Below the pieces are notes generated by a model. The model had not been told where the DNA came from. It made no database searches and saw nothing but the letters and a program-made list of their open reading frames with translations. Shown piece by piece: positions 63,427-64,000 of a stretch of DNA of 64,000 nt (positions are counted from its first letter, which is position 1; every line of letters starts with the position of its first letter). The stretch is taken from NCBI GenBank assembly GCA_965249575.1, contig OZ252244.1, forward strand, positions 2,368,001 through 2,432,000. The letters run 5' to 3'. Made by a program: the position numbers and the translations under genes. The stretch is from Gemmatimonadales bacterium. Lineage in GTDB: Bacteria > Gemmatimonadota > Gemmatimonadetes > Gemmatimonadales > GWC2-71-9.

Positions 63427-64000
63427 TTATGCGGCCGTCCGCGCTTTCGGAAACAGCGGTGTGAGTTTTCGAACCGCCGCACCGGCGAGCGATGGTGACT
63501 CGAGTTGGCGCCAAGTGACATTCGTCACAGCGCCGTCGCCGCCAAGCGCCTCCCAAACGGTCTGCGTGCGGTTCGGAATGAATGGCGTTGCCATCAGCGT
63601 CACCCGTGTGAGAGCCCGCGACAAGGCGCCGAGCGTGGAGTTGAGCCGGTCGCTGTCGCCGGACTTCGCGAGTGACCATGGTGCCGAGTCCTCGATGAAG
63701 CGGTTCGCGCTGGCAACGAGACCCCACGCCTTGGCTGCGCCCTCGTGGAGCAGGTTGTCGTCCATCACCTCGCGGTACGCGGCGATGGCGTCGTCTCCGC
63801 TCGTGTCGAGCGCTGTCGCTGATCCGCTCTCTGGATTCCTTCCCCCGGTGTACTTGTGAATCATCGCGAGCACCCGGCTCGCGAGGTTGCCGTACCCATC
63901 CGCCAGGTCGGCCGTGTACCGGGCATCGAACCGCTCCCAGGTGAAGGTGCCATCGCCGTCCCATGGGACCTCGCGGAGGAGGAAGTAGCGCAACGCATCC
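63427..64000 (-). CDS. metG: Methionyl-tRNA synthetase, C-terminal anticodon-binding part (5' end outside window)
   Basis: DALRYFLLREVPWDGDGTF, DLADGYGNLASR, NRFIEDSAPW, LFPK end. Confidence 0.92.
   Translation of the reverse strand, partial: DALRYFLLREVPWDGDGTFTWERFDARYTADLADGYGNLASRVLAMIHKYTGGRNPESGSATALDTSGDDAIAAYREVMDDNLLHEGAAKAWGLVASANRFIEDSAPWSLAKSGDSDRLNSTLGALSRALTRVTLMATPFIPNRTQTVWEALGGDGAVTNVTWRQLESPSLAGAAVRKLTPLFPKARTAA

Overview
High-GC bacterial chromosome segment from a diderm. The gene content and the many small beta-barrel and lipoprotein families suggest Gemmatimonadota, which is an inference. Two housekeeping blocks are present: fdhF-like, aroH, thiE, mltG, ruvX and rho at 1-8 kb, and seven tRNAs, a sigma-70 factor, mlaEFD, atpAGDC, waaA, dsbA, an M23 peptidase and metG at 46.5-64 kb. 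They flank an accessory region of about 38 kb dominated by envelope and exported proteins. The best candidate for an undescribed system is the four-gene cluster at 8.9-18.3 kb: a TPR plus CsgG/TolB-N-like lipoprotein, a translationally coupled outer-membrane beta-barrel, an Ig-repeat lipoprotein of about 1,785 aa, and a second lipoprotein built from copies of the giant protein's C-terminal module. All four end in a beta-strand plus a terminal Pro, and I hypothesise a dedicated surface-lipoprotein export or display system. Other highlights are a c-di-GMP-I riboswitch that occludes the RBS of an orphan pilin-like secreted protein, a cytochrome P460 / cupredoxin / DUF2231-like / NDH-2 redox operon, a Rex-like operator before atpA, an S9 peptidase lacking its catalytic His, a stand-alone HisKA microprotein and a C-rich rho leader. 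About a dozen genes left of 46.5 kb carry frameshifts or in-frame stops. Consensus error and real pseudogenisation cannot be distinguished without reads. No integrase, transposase, CRISPR array or rRNA was seen. All family assignments come from motifs recognised by eye, not from database searches.
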